DNA of 64,000 bases, from contig NC_043001.1 of NCBI RefSeq assembly GCF_006345805.1, forward strand, positions 80,538,001-80,602,000, read 5' to 3'. Shown in pieces: positions 11,668 through 24,925 of this stretch (the stretch's first letter is position 1; each line of letters begins with the position of its first letter). The DNA is from Octopus sinensis. Lineage: Eukaryota. The notes under the pieces were generated by a model, which saw nothing but the letters and a program-made list of their open reading frames with translations, was not told the origin of the DNA and made no database searches. Position numbers and translations under genes: made by a program.

Positions 11668-12167
11668 GTGTGTGTGTGGTGTGTGTGTGTGTATGTGTGT
11701 TCGACCGGCTTCCTCAGTTTCAGTCAACCTAATCTACTCACAAGACTTTGGTCGGTTCGGAAATTGAATAAAAGACACGTGCCCACGGCGCCACGCAGTG
11801 GGACTGAACCCAGAATCACGTGGTTGTGAAGCAAACTTCTATCCACTCAGCCACCACGACTGCGCCTGCGTCTATACACATTCATAAAGAATCGATAGAT
11901 TGTTTACTCTTGCTTTAAATTTAAAACAAATTTATAAGACCAAAATAGCATTTGATAAACAAAAAAAAACTTTTAATAAAAATTATGAAGTCTTGACGTC
12001 TAATTCCTGTCTCTTCTCCCTTGACATTTAATAAAATTGTTTATCTCATTCTTATTCGTGTGAGTGGGTAGTACACAGTTGTTTGTGCATGAATATGTGT
12101 CTATATGGAGTGACTCTACACTCTTTTATATGCGGATTGGTATGCAGTGGTTTTACATATATATATA

Positions 12168-12210
<43 letters not shown>

Positions 12211-13225
12211 ATATATGCATGTTTATGAAAACACATATATGTATATATGCATGTTATGTTATGTATATAAATATGTGTAATGGAAGTAAATATATCACGT
12301 GTTGTCTGTAAACATTTATGTGTGTATGTGCGCCTAGACGAATGTATGTGTGTGAAGGAGAGAGATATATGTGTGTTTATGACGACTCTTTATGTTTTGG
12401 TATTGGCAAGAGTGATTTCTTTTTCTTTTACTTAATTATGTCCTATGTGTGCACCTACGCGCGTGTATATATTTGTGTATGTGTACATACACACACACAC
12501 ACACAAAGATACACACACACACACACACATGTATAGGCATGTCGGTGTGTGGTAAGAAGCTAGCTTCCTAACCTCATGGTTCCGGGTTCAGTCCCATTGA
12601 ATGGCATCTTGGGCAAATGTCTTCTACTATAGCCTCGGGCCGATCAAAGACTTGTGAGTCGATTTGGTAGACGGAAACTGAAAGAAGCCAGTCGTATAAG
12701 TGTGTATGTGTGTGTGTGTGTGTGTGGTGTGTGTGTGTGTATGTGTGTTCGACCGGCTTCCTCAGTTTCAGTCAACCTAATCTACTCACAAGACTTTGGT
12801 CGGTTCGGAAATTGAATAAAAGACACGTGCCCACGGCGCCACGCAGTGGGACTGAACCCAGAATCACGTGGTTGTGAAGCAAACTTCTATCCACTCAGCC
12901 ACCACGACTGCGCCTGCGTCTATACACATTCATAAAGAATCGATAGATTGTTTACTCTTGCTTTAAATTTAAAACAAATTTATAAGACCAAAATAGCATT
13001 TGATAAACAAAAAAAAACTTTTAATAAAAATTATGAAGTCTTGACGTCTAATTCCTGTCTCTTCTCCCTTGACATTTAATAAAATTGTTTATCTCATTCT
13101 TATTCGTGTGAGTGGGTAGTACACAGTTGTTTGTGCATGAATATGTGTCTATATGGAGTGACTCTACACTCTTTTATATGCGGATTGGTATGCAGTGGTT
13201 TTACATATATATATATATATAATAT

Positions 13226-13260
<35 letters not shown>

Positions 13261-13743
13261 GCATGTTTATGAAAACACATATATGTATATATGCATGTTA
13301 TGTTATGTATATAAATATGTGTAATGGAAGTAAATATATCACGTGTTGTCTGTAAACATTTATGTGTGTATGTGCGCCTAGACGAATGTATGTGTGTGAA
13401 GGAGAGAGATATATGTGTGTTTATGACGACTCTTTATGTTTTGGTATTGGCAAGAGTGATTTCTTTTTCTTTTACTTAATTATGTCCTATGTGTGCACCT
13501 ACGCGCGTGTATATATTTGTGTATGTGTACATACACACACACACACACAAAGATACACACACACACACACATGTATAGGCATGTCGGTGTGTGGTAAGAA
13601 GCTAGCTTCCTAACCTCATGGTTCCGGGTTCAGTCCCATTGAATGGCATCTTGGGCAAATGTCTTCTACTATAGCCTCGGGCCGATCAAAGACTTGTGAG
13701 TCGATTTGGTAGACGGAAACTGAAAGAAGCCAGTCGTATAAGT

Positions 13744-13759
<16 letters not shown>
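11668..13759. repeat. Near-identical tandem duplication, unit ~1045 bp
   Basis: 11701 tcgaccggcttcctcag recurs at 12749; ORF at 12318 recurs at 13362; copies appear to differ only in one (TA)n tract. Each unit has a minus-strand and a plus-strand SINE head. Confidence 0.95.
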
Positions 13760-13780
<21 letters not shown>

Positions 13781-13785
<5 letters not shown>

Positions 13786-13858
13786 GTGTGTGTGTATGCG
13801 TAAGTGTGTGTGTATACACGCACATATATATATATACATCTATCTATCTTTCTGCATA

Positions 13859-13904
<46 letters not shown>

Positions 13905-14850
13905 AAGATAGATAGATGTATATATATATAGTTAATCTAAACAGGAAAAGCACAAAGAGAAAGCACAACAACGCGAGGATGTGGAACAAGTGTAGTGTTA
14001 TTGGACGCTCAGGAAAGAAGGACGATTTATCGTTTCGAGCGGAGCTCTTCGTCAGAAACATAGGAAAAGGAAAGATCCAAGGAAGGGAAGATGGAGGAAA
14101 AAAAATCGCCAACGATACACACGCGGTCACACATATATACATGCCTATATATGGATACATACATATGTATAAATATATGTATACATATATATGTATATGT
14201 AAATATATATGTATGTATATACATATACCTAGACACACTCTTACATATATATACTCATATATAGAGAGAGAGACACACACTCATGCGTCTGTGCGTGTGT
14301 TTGTGTGTCTGTGTGTGCGTATGTAAGTGTGTGTGGTGTGTGAGTGTGTGTGTGTATGTGTGTGTGTATGTAAGTGTGTGTGTTTATGCGTAAGTGTGTG
14401 TGTATACATGCACATATATATATACATCTATCTATCTTTCTGGATATATATATATATATATATAGTTAATCTAAACAGGAAAAGCACAAAGAGAAAACAC
14501 AACAACGCAAGGATGTGGAACAAGTGTAGTGTTATTTGACGCTCAGGATAGAAGGATGACTTAACGTTTCGAGCGGAGCTCTTCGTCAGAGACATAGGAA
14601 AAGGAAAGATCCGAGGAAGGGAAGACGGAGGAAAACAAATCACCAACGATACACACGCGGTCACACATATATACATGCCTATATATGGATACATACATAT
14701 ATATAAATATATGTATACACATATATATATATGTATACATATATATGTATATGTAAATATATATGTATGTATATACATATACCTAGACACACTCTTACAT
14801 ATATATACTCATATATATAGAGAGAGAGACACACTCATGCGTCTGTGTGT
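13781..14850 (-). repeat. Diverged tandem duplication (~535-590 bp unit) of a (TA)n-embedded Penelope-like tail with a hammerhead motif
   Basis: atagttaatctaaacaggaaaagcacaaagag...gtttcgagcggagctcttcgtcag near 13929 and 14462; a relative lies at 39541-39715. Confidence 0.9.
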
Positions 14851-14853
14851 GTG

Positions 14854-14903
<50 letters not shown>

Positions 14904-15009
14904 TTCCAAGTATATATGCATGTGTACATATATGATTGTGTATATATACCGAATGGAATCAACGTATAAATATTACATTAACAAGCGTGTGCAGGTATTT
15001 GTAGAATTT

Positions 15010-15061
<52 letters not shown>

Positions 15062-15765
15062 AGTATGTGTGTGTGTACATATATACGTACATACCCACAT
15101 ATATACAAACATTCATACATACGTACAGATCTATAGTTTGACATCATATACTCCCACCTGGTCTTAGTGCGTTTGCTGTAGCATTGACTAATTGGCAATC
15201 AGATGGCGTGGTGCTAATTAAGGAGAGTGAATCTAGCCTAAATACTTACAGGAAACCTGCACCACAGAGCATACAGCACCTGCACTCCACTGCCAAACGG
15301 CTCGTCCTCTTTCGATGTCGAGCTATTTATCAATCTATCTATCTTATGCTATATATCCACATGTTTGTAGAAACTATCCATCTATCATCTGTCTCTATCT
15401 GACTGTCTCGTTCTATCTGTATAATTATCTACATTTCTATTTATTTATCCCCCATTCCATCTAACAACCAACGTAACAATCTATCTGCCCTGCGCCCTCT
15501 ATCTATATTTCTAAGTACCTCTGTTAATCTATCTCTACTGATCAGTCTATATTTATATGTCTCACTAATTATCTGTATATCTCCTTACCTGTCTTGCTAT
15601 GTAAATATTTATGTATGTATCTATCTATCTAACTAGCTATGAAACTATATAACTATTTATCTATTTATCTATTTTATCTATCCATCTGCCAATCTGTATA
15701 TCTTTTTTTTTTTTCTAACTATCTATTCAACTATATGTCTTTCTATTTGTCTATGTATCTATTTT

Positions 15766-15767
<2 letters not shown>

Positions 15768-15842
<75 letters not shown>

Positions 15843-15870
15843 ATAGATAAATAGATAGATAGATAGATAA
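15768..15870. repeat. (GATA)n microsatellite
   Basis: Direct reading; similar tracts at 23193-23272 and 28308-28506. Confidence 0.95.
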
Positions 15871-16119
15871 AACACACAAGCGTGTACCCAAGTATACTCA
15901 AAAGCACTGACAAGCAGAAATAAACACTCATCACATGCATTCATTCCAAACAAATCTTTTCACAATCTTTTACACGAAACACTTTCGCATACACATAGAC
16001 ACACATATCGGCGCGCGCACACATACAAATATGTATACAATTAGTCACGAATAGCAACAAATAGTTCACAATCCATGGTTTTCAAATTTTTTAGTGCATC
16101 TATCTATCTATCCCTCTTC

Positions 16120-16154
<35 letters not shown>

Positions 16155-16224
16155 TCTGTTACACACACACTCACACTACCACTCTCATCATATCAGTCAT
16201 AAAGCATGTATATATATATGTATG

Positions 16225-16272
<48 letters not shown>

Positions 16273-16314
16273 TGTGTATGTGCACGTGTGTGTGTGTGTG
16301 TGTCTGTGTGTAGA

Positions 16315-16475
16315 GGCGCATAATTTATTGGTTAGAGTGCTGCACTTACGTGTGTAAGATTATGGTATCGATACCTGGACAAGGTGTGTCGTGTTCTTGA
16401 GCAAAAACACTTCATTTCACGTTGCATCATTTCAACTCTTCTGGCGAAAAGGTGTATTCGGACGACGGACCGACT
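16315..16475 (+). mobile_element. tRNA-derived SINE family C, degenerate
   Basis: ggcgcataa...ggttagagtg...gtgttcttgagcaaaaacacttcatttcacgttgc. Confidence 0.7.
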
Positions 16476-17058
16476 TCACTTGCAATATATATTCAAGTAT
16501 AAATCAACGCTAAAACTGTATTAAACTATATCTATCTCCTTTACTTGCGTGTGTTTTACGCATATGATACGACAAATTATATTGTTCGTCTATACAGTCA
16601 TATATCACGTCTTTGCCTATGACAAATGAATAGATATGTAAAGCATTTTCTAACAGAATCTGGCAACTAAAGGATTAACTATATTTTCATGTTTATATAA
16701 ATATTTTGCTAATGAATTATCAAGCGGCTGGCGTCATCAATCGTTTGAATAATCGGTTATGCAAAACTTAGACTAGGGCGTCAAGAAGATTTAACTACAA
16801 AGAAAATACTTAGATTCGAATTTTTTGGCAGATAGATAGATAGATACATACATAGACAGATACATTCATACGTATATTCATACATAGATTCATACATACA
16901 TACATACATACTACATACATACATACATACATACATACATACATACAAACATAAAAGCACTCGCTTCCGTCTGCACGCTGACATACATATAAACTTTCAT
17001 CCATATAGTATGTGCACTTGAATGAATATGCGTATGGGTGCTTGGTATATATTCGTGC

Positions 17059-17105
<47 letters not shown>

Positions 17106-17501
17106 GTGTGGTGGGGTGCGTGCGCGTTGTGTGTGTTGGTGTGTATGCGATTCTTTTAAATGTGCATTTCTTTCTACAATTAAACGCATATCTACACTAA
17201 AAAAAAACGTAATTTCTATAGATATATTTCCATGATAAAGTAACCAATGCAGATGCATGCATTCATGAAAGTATGACTGCATTAATATAGGTAAATAGAT
17301 AGGTGTGTATGCATGCGCGTGACTTAATCCATGTGAGAATTTTATATATCACGCATCTACATCTATATAAAATTATTGCTCAGTGTCACTGAGTGCACTT
17401 TTGCACGTATATAGTATTCTCATATGTATATCTAGACATGTATGTATCTATGTAAATACATATGTGTGTGTGTGTGAGTAAGTACATACATACACACACA
17501 T

Positions 17502-17546
<45 letters not shown>

Positions 17547-17787
17547 CCTATCACCTATGCCACTAGCTGACATATACAGGTGCTTACATTTATCAAGTAT
17601 TCACCCTGAATTTATATATATATATACATATATATATATATGACCATACATATATGTACTTGTATGTGTATGTGTACATTTAATATCATCTGGGTTATAA
17701 CGTTATAATGTGCATTCAAAGTTCCTCTCTAGATATCAACCACCATATATATATATATATAATATATATATATATATTATATATATA

Positions 17788-17820
<33 letters not shown>

Positions 17821-17824
17821 CTGT

Positions 17825-18125
17825 GAAGGCACATGGCCTAGTGGCTAGAGTACGTTGTTCAGTTCCTGACGACAACTTGTGTCTTCGTCCAAGACACTTT
17901 ATTTCACGTGGCTCCAGTATACTTAGCTTGCAACAATGTGTTGCACCTGCATTTCAAAGACCAGTCTTGCGACATTGTGTGTCACATTGAATCTCCTCGA
18001 GAACTACGTCTAGGGTACACGTGTCTGTGGAGTGCTCAGCCACTTGCATGTTAAGTTGAAGAGCAAACTGGTCCGCTGACTGGATCAACTGGAACCCTCG
18101 TTGTCGTAACCGACAGTGTGCCATA
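17825..18125 (+). mobile_element. tRNA-derived SINE family C
   Basis: ggcacatggcctagtggctagag A-box head; body shared with 24615 and 35528. Confidence 0.85.
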
Positions 18126-18148
18126 CGTACATATATATATATAAATAT

Positions 18149-18233
<85 letters not shown>

Positions 18234-18575
18234 ATATATATATATATATATATATTAGGTATGTAGAAAAATACAACATGGACAAGAACGTATAACTCTT
18301 AGAAGACGATACAATAAACACACGGACAGGACATTCGAAACCCTCAGTCTTCAGTCAAGAACGGATCATCGTAGTAATTTCGGCTGATTAATCTTGAGAT
18401 TACCAGATCACGGCCAGCCCTCCAAGAAAAAACTAAGCAACGAGCATTAGAAAAACTAAGCTGGGAGCGTAGATTTCCTGAAAGAAGGATCGAATGCATA
18501 CGGACACCAGGACAGCAAAAGGGACGAATATAAAAAAACAAAAAAATAATGGAATACAGAAATATATATATATAT

Positions 18576-18879
18576 ATACTAAGTAATTAAGGGTTTAGCA
18601 ACGATTCGCCTCACCACACACCGAATTTAGAAATAGCAGTCAAAGAGTTTTGGCTATTCTTTCTACTTAAAAGGGAGATCCCAGTAAAACCACAGCACTT
18701 AAAAAGCAAACAACGCAGGCTCATTCTTTCTCTTTTGCCTGCGTTGTTTGCTTTTTAAGTGCTGTGGTTTTACTGGGATCTCCCTTTTAAGTAGAAAGAA
18801 AAGCCAAAACTCTTTGACTGCTATTTCTAAATTCGGTGTGTGGTGAGGCAAATCGTTGCTAACCTTAATTATTTAGTAT
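18576..18879. repeat. Long near-perfect hairpin (~144-bp arms, 16-nt loop)
   Basis: 18576-18720 is complementary to 18737-18879 with few mismatches. Confidence 0.95.
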
Positions 18880-19010
18880 TACTTAAACATTCCTTGAATG
18901 GGGCTTTTACATGCCGAACTCTACTTGGTGAAATAATGATTATTCCAAATTAATTAATTTCACCCTTTATTATTGATATATATATATATACATATATTAT
19001 ATATAATATA

Positions 19011-19053
<43 letters not shown>

Positions 19054-19188
19054 ATATATAAAGGTATGTAGAAAAATACAACATGGACAAGAACGTATAA
19101 CTCTTAGAAGACGATACAATAAACATGGACAGGACATTCGAACCCCTCAGTCTTCAGTCAAGAACCGGATCATCGTAGTAATATATAT

Positions 19189-19275
<87 letters not shown>

Positions 19276-19943
19276 TATATATGTGTGGATTATGTGTGTA
19301 TGTATGTATGATTATGTATGAGAGTTGTGTGTATATGTGTGAGGTGTGTGTGGTAAGTATATGTGTGCGCGGATGCGTGTATTTTTTCGTGTATGTGTGT
19401 ATATGCACGTCTGTGTATGTATGAGTGCGTGTATATAGAAATAAAATAAAATATGATAAAATAAGATTGATAATAAAAGTGGGTGAAGAGTATAAGATGT
19501 AAAAAGCTTTTTCAAAAATTAGCAGTTGCAAGATAAAAAAAATATAAGAAATAAAATAGCAAAAATTACAAGGATAAAATAGAAATTAATATGATTATAA
19601 AAAATGACACAATTAATGAGTTAAACAATTCGACAGAAAGAAAATGACAACAAAATGATTAAAAATCGAGATGGGGTAACAGTGTAAAAACGTAACTGGG
19701 TATAAGGGAGGAGAAAATAAGATGAACTAAAATAAAATAATAAAATGAAATAATAAGTTCCTTCTTTTAAGGAGTTTATAGAGACAGTCGTTAGGAGGAG
19801 GGAGTTGTGTCGAGTCCGAAAAGAATTTGTGTTTGTAGACTGAAAATGTAACGCTGTTCCAGGCGGAGTCGCGAGAGTGTGGATCCTATTCATATACAGA
19901 CACATACACTCACACACATATACATAAGTACATATATATTTAC

Positions 19944-20008
<65 letters not shown>

Positions 20009-20012
20009 TATA

Positions 20013-20044
<32 letters not shown>

Positions 20045-20045
<1 letters not shown>

Positions 20046-20375
20046 CTTCTATATATATAAACGGCAGTTTGTCTGTCTGTGTGTCTGTGTGTCTGTCAGG
20101 TTGTACCCTCACCCTGACCACGGCTTTCAACCGATTCTGATGAAACTTGACACATACATAGCCCAATGTCATAATTCAAAACTAACGCAGCGAAGATTTT
20201 GAAAATTTCCCCCAGTTCTGAAAGAAATCGATAAATTCGACATGGGGTCGAGAATCTAAGCTTTTTATATGCATTTTTAATGCATTTTTTTGCTATTTTT
20301 TGGCTATAACTCTCTAAAAATGCTTATATAGTTATTTCCCTTACAAACCCGAGCAACGCCGGGCGATACTGCTAG
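20045..20375 (+). mobile_element. Non-autonomous Helitron (331 bp)
   Basis: A|TC 5' start (tcttctatatatataaacggcag), subterminal hairpin cccgagcaacgccggg, CTAG|T end; first ~200 bp match the 5' end of the 33021-35471 element. Confidence 0.93.
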
Positions 20376-21109
20376 TATATATATATAAATATATACATAT
20401 ATGTATTCTTACATACAAACACGTAACCTGGTATACACAAATACATAGAATGCACGCTTAACGTAAACAACATACTTCTGCTTGTATAGTAATATACGCA
20501 CACGAACACACAGACACGCACACAAAGTCACACATACGCACACACACACACACACGCACACACACACCACACACACACACATACACACACACACATAGAT
20601 ATAATCCTACAAAGACAGAACAATAAAAAACCTCATCTTACATCGATTCAGTTCGTCTCCACTTCCGCTGGTCAGGTGAGATACTTGAGAATTGTGTCAA
20701 ATCTTTGAGATAAAGAATAGGTCAAAAGGTTATCGGGACTCTGCATGAAGTGCCGAAGTAGAATACGACTGAACTTTACGAGAATGTAAGTCTGTAATTC
20801 CATGGTAAGTTAAAATCTATCCAGTGCATTCCACATCATATCATGTGTGGGCGTGTGTGTGTGTACGTGTGTGTGTGTACATATATGTACTTACATATAT
20901 ATGAGTGCGTGTGTATGTGTGTATGTATGTATATATTTATATACATATATGTGCATGTGTGTATGTGTTTGTATGTCTATTTTTTATTATATAAGCTATA
21001 TATATATATAATATGGAAATAAGTATAAAGAGAGTGTGAATGCGAGAGACTAGTAGAGACAGACAGACAGAGAGATACATACATACATACATACTTATAC
21101 AAGCATACG

Positions 21110-22366
21110 TATACGTCACTGTTATATATTTATTTTTCCACTGTTTATATATATATTTTTTACTGTTTATATGTTTGTACTGTCGTTACCGTCTTGCTTT
21201 TTTTACCCCTCTGCGAAAAGATCTCAGAATTTTAATTGATTTGCTTTTCGCAGGAAGGAAGTTTCTTCGAAGTATACGTCTCGCTTTTATCCTTCGAAAC
21301 GTTTAGTAGATGAAACCTTAGCGACTGAAGAAGGGGATTTTTCGTTGTGCTTATTGTCCTGTATCTCTTTTTTTGCTTGTCTTGTTCCTTGGTTTGTGTC
21401 TATGTTTTTCGTCTCTCTATGTGTTCGACGTCTTTTTGGTGTCCTGTACACATATATGCGTGTATATGTACATGTAGACGTAGGTACGTACATATATGTT
21501 TATATATATGCATATGTTCTATTTTATTAACATATTATACGACTAAACGCACGCACCCTATTAAGTAAGATTGTTCTGTTTATCAAGTTAGCCTTGATAT
21601 TAACTCTCACGCGACTCTGCATCTTTCTTTCTTTCTCTCCCATTCCCTTTTTCGTCTTTTTTCCCTCACTTAACTTGTCTCTTCCTCTCTCTCTCCCCCT
21701 CACCGTTCTTCATGGTCTCCTCGCACCATTCCCCTTCTTCTCTCTCTTCCTCTTGCTCCTCATCCCCCATTCCCGTCGTCCATCTGCGACGATACTTCCG
21801 TCGTAACTGCTATCCTGTCTTTTCTCGCCCGCCTTCTAATGCTACTGGTCGACATTCTTTCTCTCTCGTCGTCCACTATAATCCAGCGTTTGCAATACTT
21901 TTTTCGTCTGGCGTTAACAGCCCTTCTTATCTTGTTCTCCTTGTCCTGTCTCTCACTGTTATATATTTATTTTTCCACTGTTTATATATATATTTTTACT
22001 GTTTATATGTTTGTACTGTCGTTACCGTCTTGCTTTTTTTACCCTCTGCGAAAAGATCTCAGAATTTTAATTGATTTGCTTTTCGCAGGAAGGAAGTTTC
22101 TTCGAAGTATACGTCTCGCTTTTATCCTTCGAAACGTTTAGTAGATGAAACCTTAGCGACTGAAGAAGGGGATTTTTCGTTGTGCTTATTGTCCTGTATC
22201 TCTTTTTTTGCTTGTCTTGTTCCTTGGTTTGTGTCTATGTTTTTCGTCTCTCTATGTGTTCGACGTCTTTTTGGTGTCCTGTACACATATATGCGTGTAT
22301 ATGTACATGTAGAGGTAGGTACGTACATATATGTTTATATATATGCATATGTTCTATTTTATTAAC

Positions 22367-22368
<2 letters not shown>
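21110..22368 (+). mobile_element. Element with ~420-bp direct repeats (21110-21535 and 21945-22368) around a unique core; probable deleted Penelope-like element
   Basis: Repeats offset by 835 bp; core reads LRRYFRR...HSFSLVVHYNPAF (like the PLE RT C-terminal PLVxTYHP motif); repeats carry GAAACGTT and CTGAAGA motifs. Confidence 0.55.
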
Positions 22369-22403
<35 letters not shown>

Positions 22404-23189
22404 TACATACATGCATATTGTATATGTGTGTATATATGAGTATATACTCTGATATAAGCACACAAACATTCCTATATATGTATATACGTCTGTATGTATG
22501 TGTGTGCATTCGTGTGTGTGCAAGTGTGTGTGTATATGTATTTGCGAGTACGATTTTAATCTTTCCTATTTTACTTATATCATTGCACTACGATCGTGCT
22601 AGCGCAACACCTTCCAGGGTTTTAAATAATAATCATAAAAAATTCCAAGATCTCTTATTGTAGGCAGCAAGTGAATAGTTCACTAAATTTTAATCCTAAC
22701 AACTTTACTAATGAATAGAAACTTTCAATGATTTTAAACAATCATGATTTATCCGTACAACCGCTTATATCTATACGCGTGTTTAGCTACATGTACATAT
22801 GTATTTTTGTGTAAAGATCCATATATTAATATTTGCAAATGTGTGAATAGGTAGGTAGGTAGGTAAGGTAAAAGCAGCTGTAAGAGACTCTGTTTATATT
22901 CTCTAAATTAAATGTGTTTTTCGAGTTATGTCAAATGTATTGCTTTTTCATTTTCAGTTTTAATTTATATCTATCCGCTCAAAGCGAAACCACTTCTAGT
23001 CTCAACACCACATTTTTCAGTTGTAGTTCAATTCGGAGTTTCACTAATTACAATTACTTTATGGCAGTTGACGAAAGCTCCTTGTACATTCATAGATACA
23101 TACGTATGTGTGTATGTATATGTATATATATATATATACGTATGTATGTATAAATATGTACGCAAGATATATATCTCTAGTATGTACAT

Positions 23190-23272
<83 letters not shown>

Positions 23273-23589
23273 TCAATATACATACTTATGTAAGTAAATA
23301 TATACGTATGTATACATGTGTCTGTATCTGGGTGTATGCGTTAATGAATGTATATGTGCATATGTATATCTATTTCTATATTTCTATAAGTATACTTGTA
23401 ATTATACAGCAATGAATAACTATCTTTGTATCAAGTTGTTATATAAAAACTAGATTGAACTTGTAGACAAAACATTACATTATTAATTAATTACTGTCCG
23501 TATTAATAATAAATTTAGCAATTAAACATTTGTAATTATAATCTGTTTATACTAATGAGAATCAGAAGCGTATATATATTTTATCTCTC

Positions 23590-23810
23590 TCTTTTATTTG
23601 TTTCAGACAATGAACTACGACCATGCTGGGGCACTGCATTGGCGTCTATTAGTCGAACAAATTGACACCGGTATTTATTTTTATGTCTGGTATTTATTTT
23701 AGCGATCTCTTTCGCGAAACTGCTAATTTGCGAGGACGTAAAGAAAAAGATACCCGTTGGCGACCGCTGGGTTGGGATGACAAACACAGGCACAAAGTCA
23801 CACATATACA
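23590..23810 (-). mobile_element. SINE tail module
   Basis: ttttatttgtttcagacaatgaactacgaccatgctggggcactgc... Confidence 0.75.
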
Positions 23811-23852
23811 TACATATATGTGTGTGTGTGTCTATCTGTGTGTGTGTGTTTG

Positions 23853-23981
23853 TAGGAGTGGCTGTGTGGTAAGTAGCTTGCTTACGAACCAAATGGCACC
23901 TTGGGTGTCTTCTACTATAGCTTCGGGCCGACCAAAGCCTTGTGAGTGGATTTGGTAGATGGAAACTGAAAGAAGCCTGTC

Positions 23982-24016
<35 letters not shown>

Positions 24017-24243
24017 TGAGAGTGTGTATATGTTTGTGTGTCTGTATTTGTCCCCTAACATCGCTTGACAACCGATGCTTGTGTGCTTACGTCCTCGTAA
24101 CTTAGCGCTTCGGCAAAAGATCCCCGATAGAATAAGTAATAGGCTTACAAAGAATAAGTCCCGGGGTCGATTTGCTAGACTAAAGGCAATGTTCCAGTAT
24201 GGCCGCAGTCAAATGACTGAAACAAATAAAAGAGTAAAAGAGT
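23853..24243 (+). mobile_element. Near-full-length composite SINE (tRNA head-(TA)n-tail ending taaaagagtaaaagag)
   Basis: ggagtggctgtgtggtaagtagcttgc head; ggaaactgaaagaagcc; internal microsatellite; gcagtcaaatgactgaaac tail. Confidence 0.9.
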
Positions 24244-24272
24244 GTCAATGTATCTATGTATGCATGTATGAT

Positions 24273-24304
<32 letters not shown>

Positions 24305-24305
<1 letters not shown>

Positions 24306-24366
24306 CACTGTGTTGAAACTAGTCATATATATATATATATATATATGACTAGTTTCAACACAGTGT
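24305..24366. repeat. Perfect 62-bp palindrome centred on (AT)11
   Basis: acactgtgttgaaactagtc (at)11 gactagtttcaacacagtgt. Confidence 0.95.
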
Positions 24367-24614
24367 GCGTCAACCAAATTCACTCGCAAGCTTTTGTCAT
24401 CCTGAGTTTATAATAGAAGGTACTTGCCCACAGTGGTGCGTAGTGGAACTGAACGTGAAATTATAGCACCTCTCGATGAAGCCTCTCTCACGTTGACACC
24501 TTTCTATTTTTAGACGCTCCTTTTTCCTCTAAATTCTCAGTTATTTTGTTCTTGTAATCTTTCTGCTTTCCCGTGTGATTTACGCATATTTTTCAATTGT
24601 TAAATATAAATATA

Positions 24615-24925
24615 TAAAGGCACGTGGGTTAGTATTCGGCCTACGTTGGTAGCTCAATTCTCGGCGACGCGTTGTGTCCTTGTGCAAAACACTTTATTTC
24701 ATAATGCCCAAGTCCACTCAGCTGGCGAAAATGAGTAGTGCTTGTATTTCAAAGGGTCGACCATGTCATACTTTGCGTCACGCTGAGTCTCTCTGATAAC
24801 CACGTTAAGGGTACACGTGTTTTTTTGAAGTGCTCAACCATTTGCACGTTAATTCCACGAGCCGGCTGTTCCGTTGATTGGATCAACTGGAACCTTCATG
24901 GTCGTAGGCGACGGAATGCCATTGA
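24615..24925 (+). mobile_element. tRNA-derived SINE family C
   Basis: ggcacgtgggttagtattcggc...gcgttgtgtccttg...ccactcagctggcgaaaatgagtag. Confidence 0.85.
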
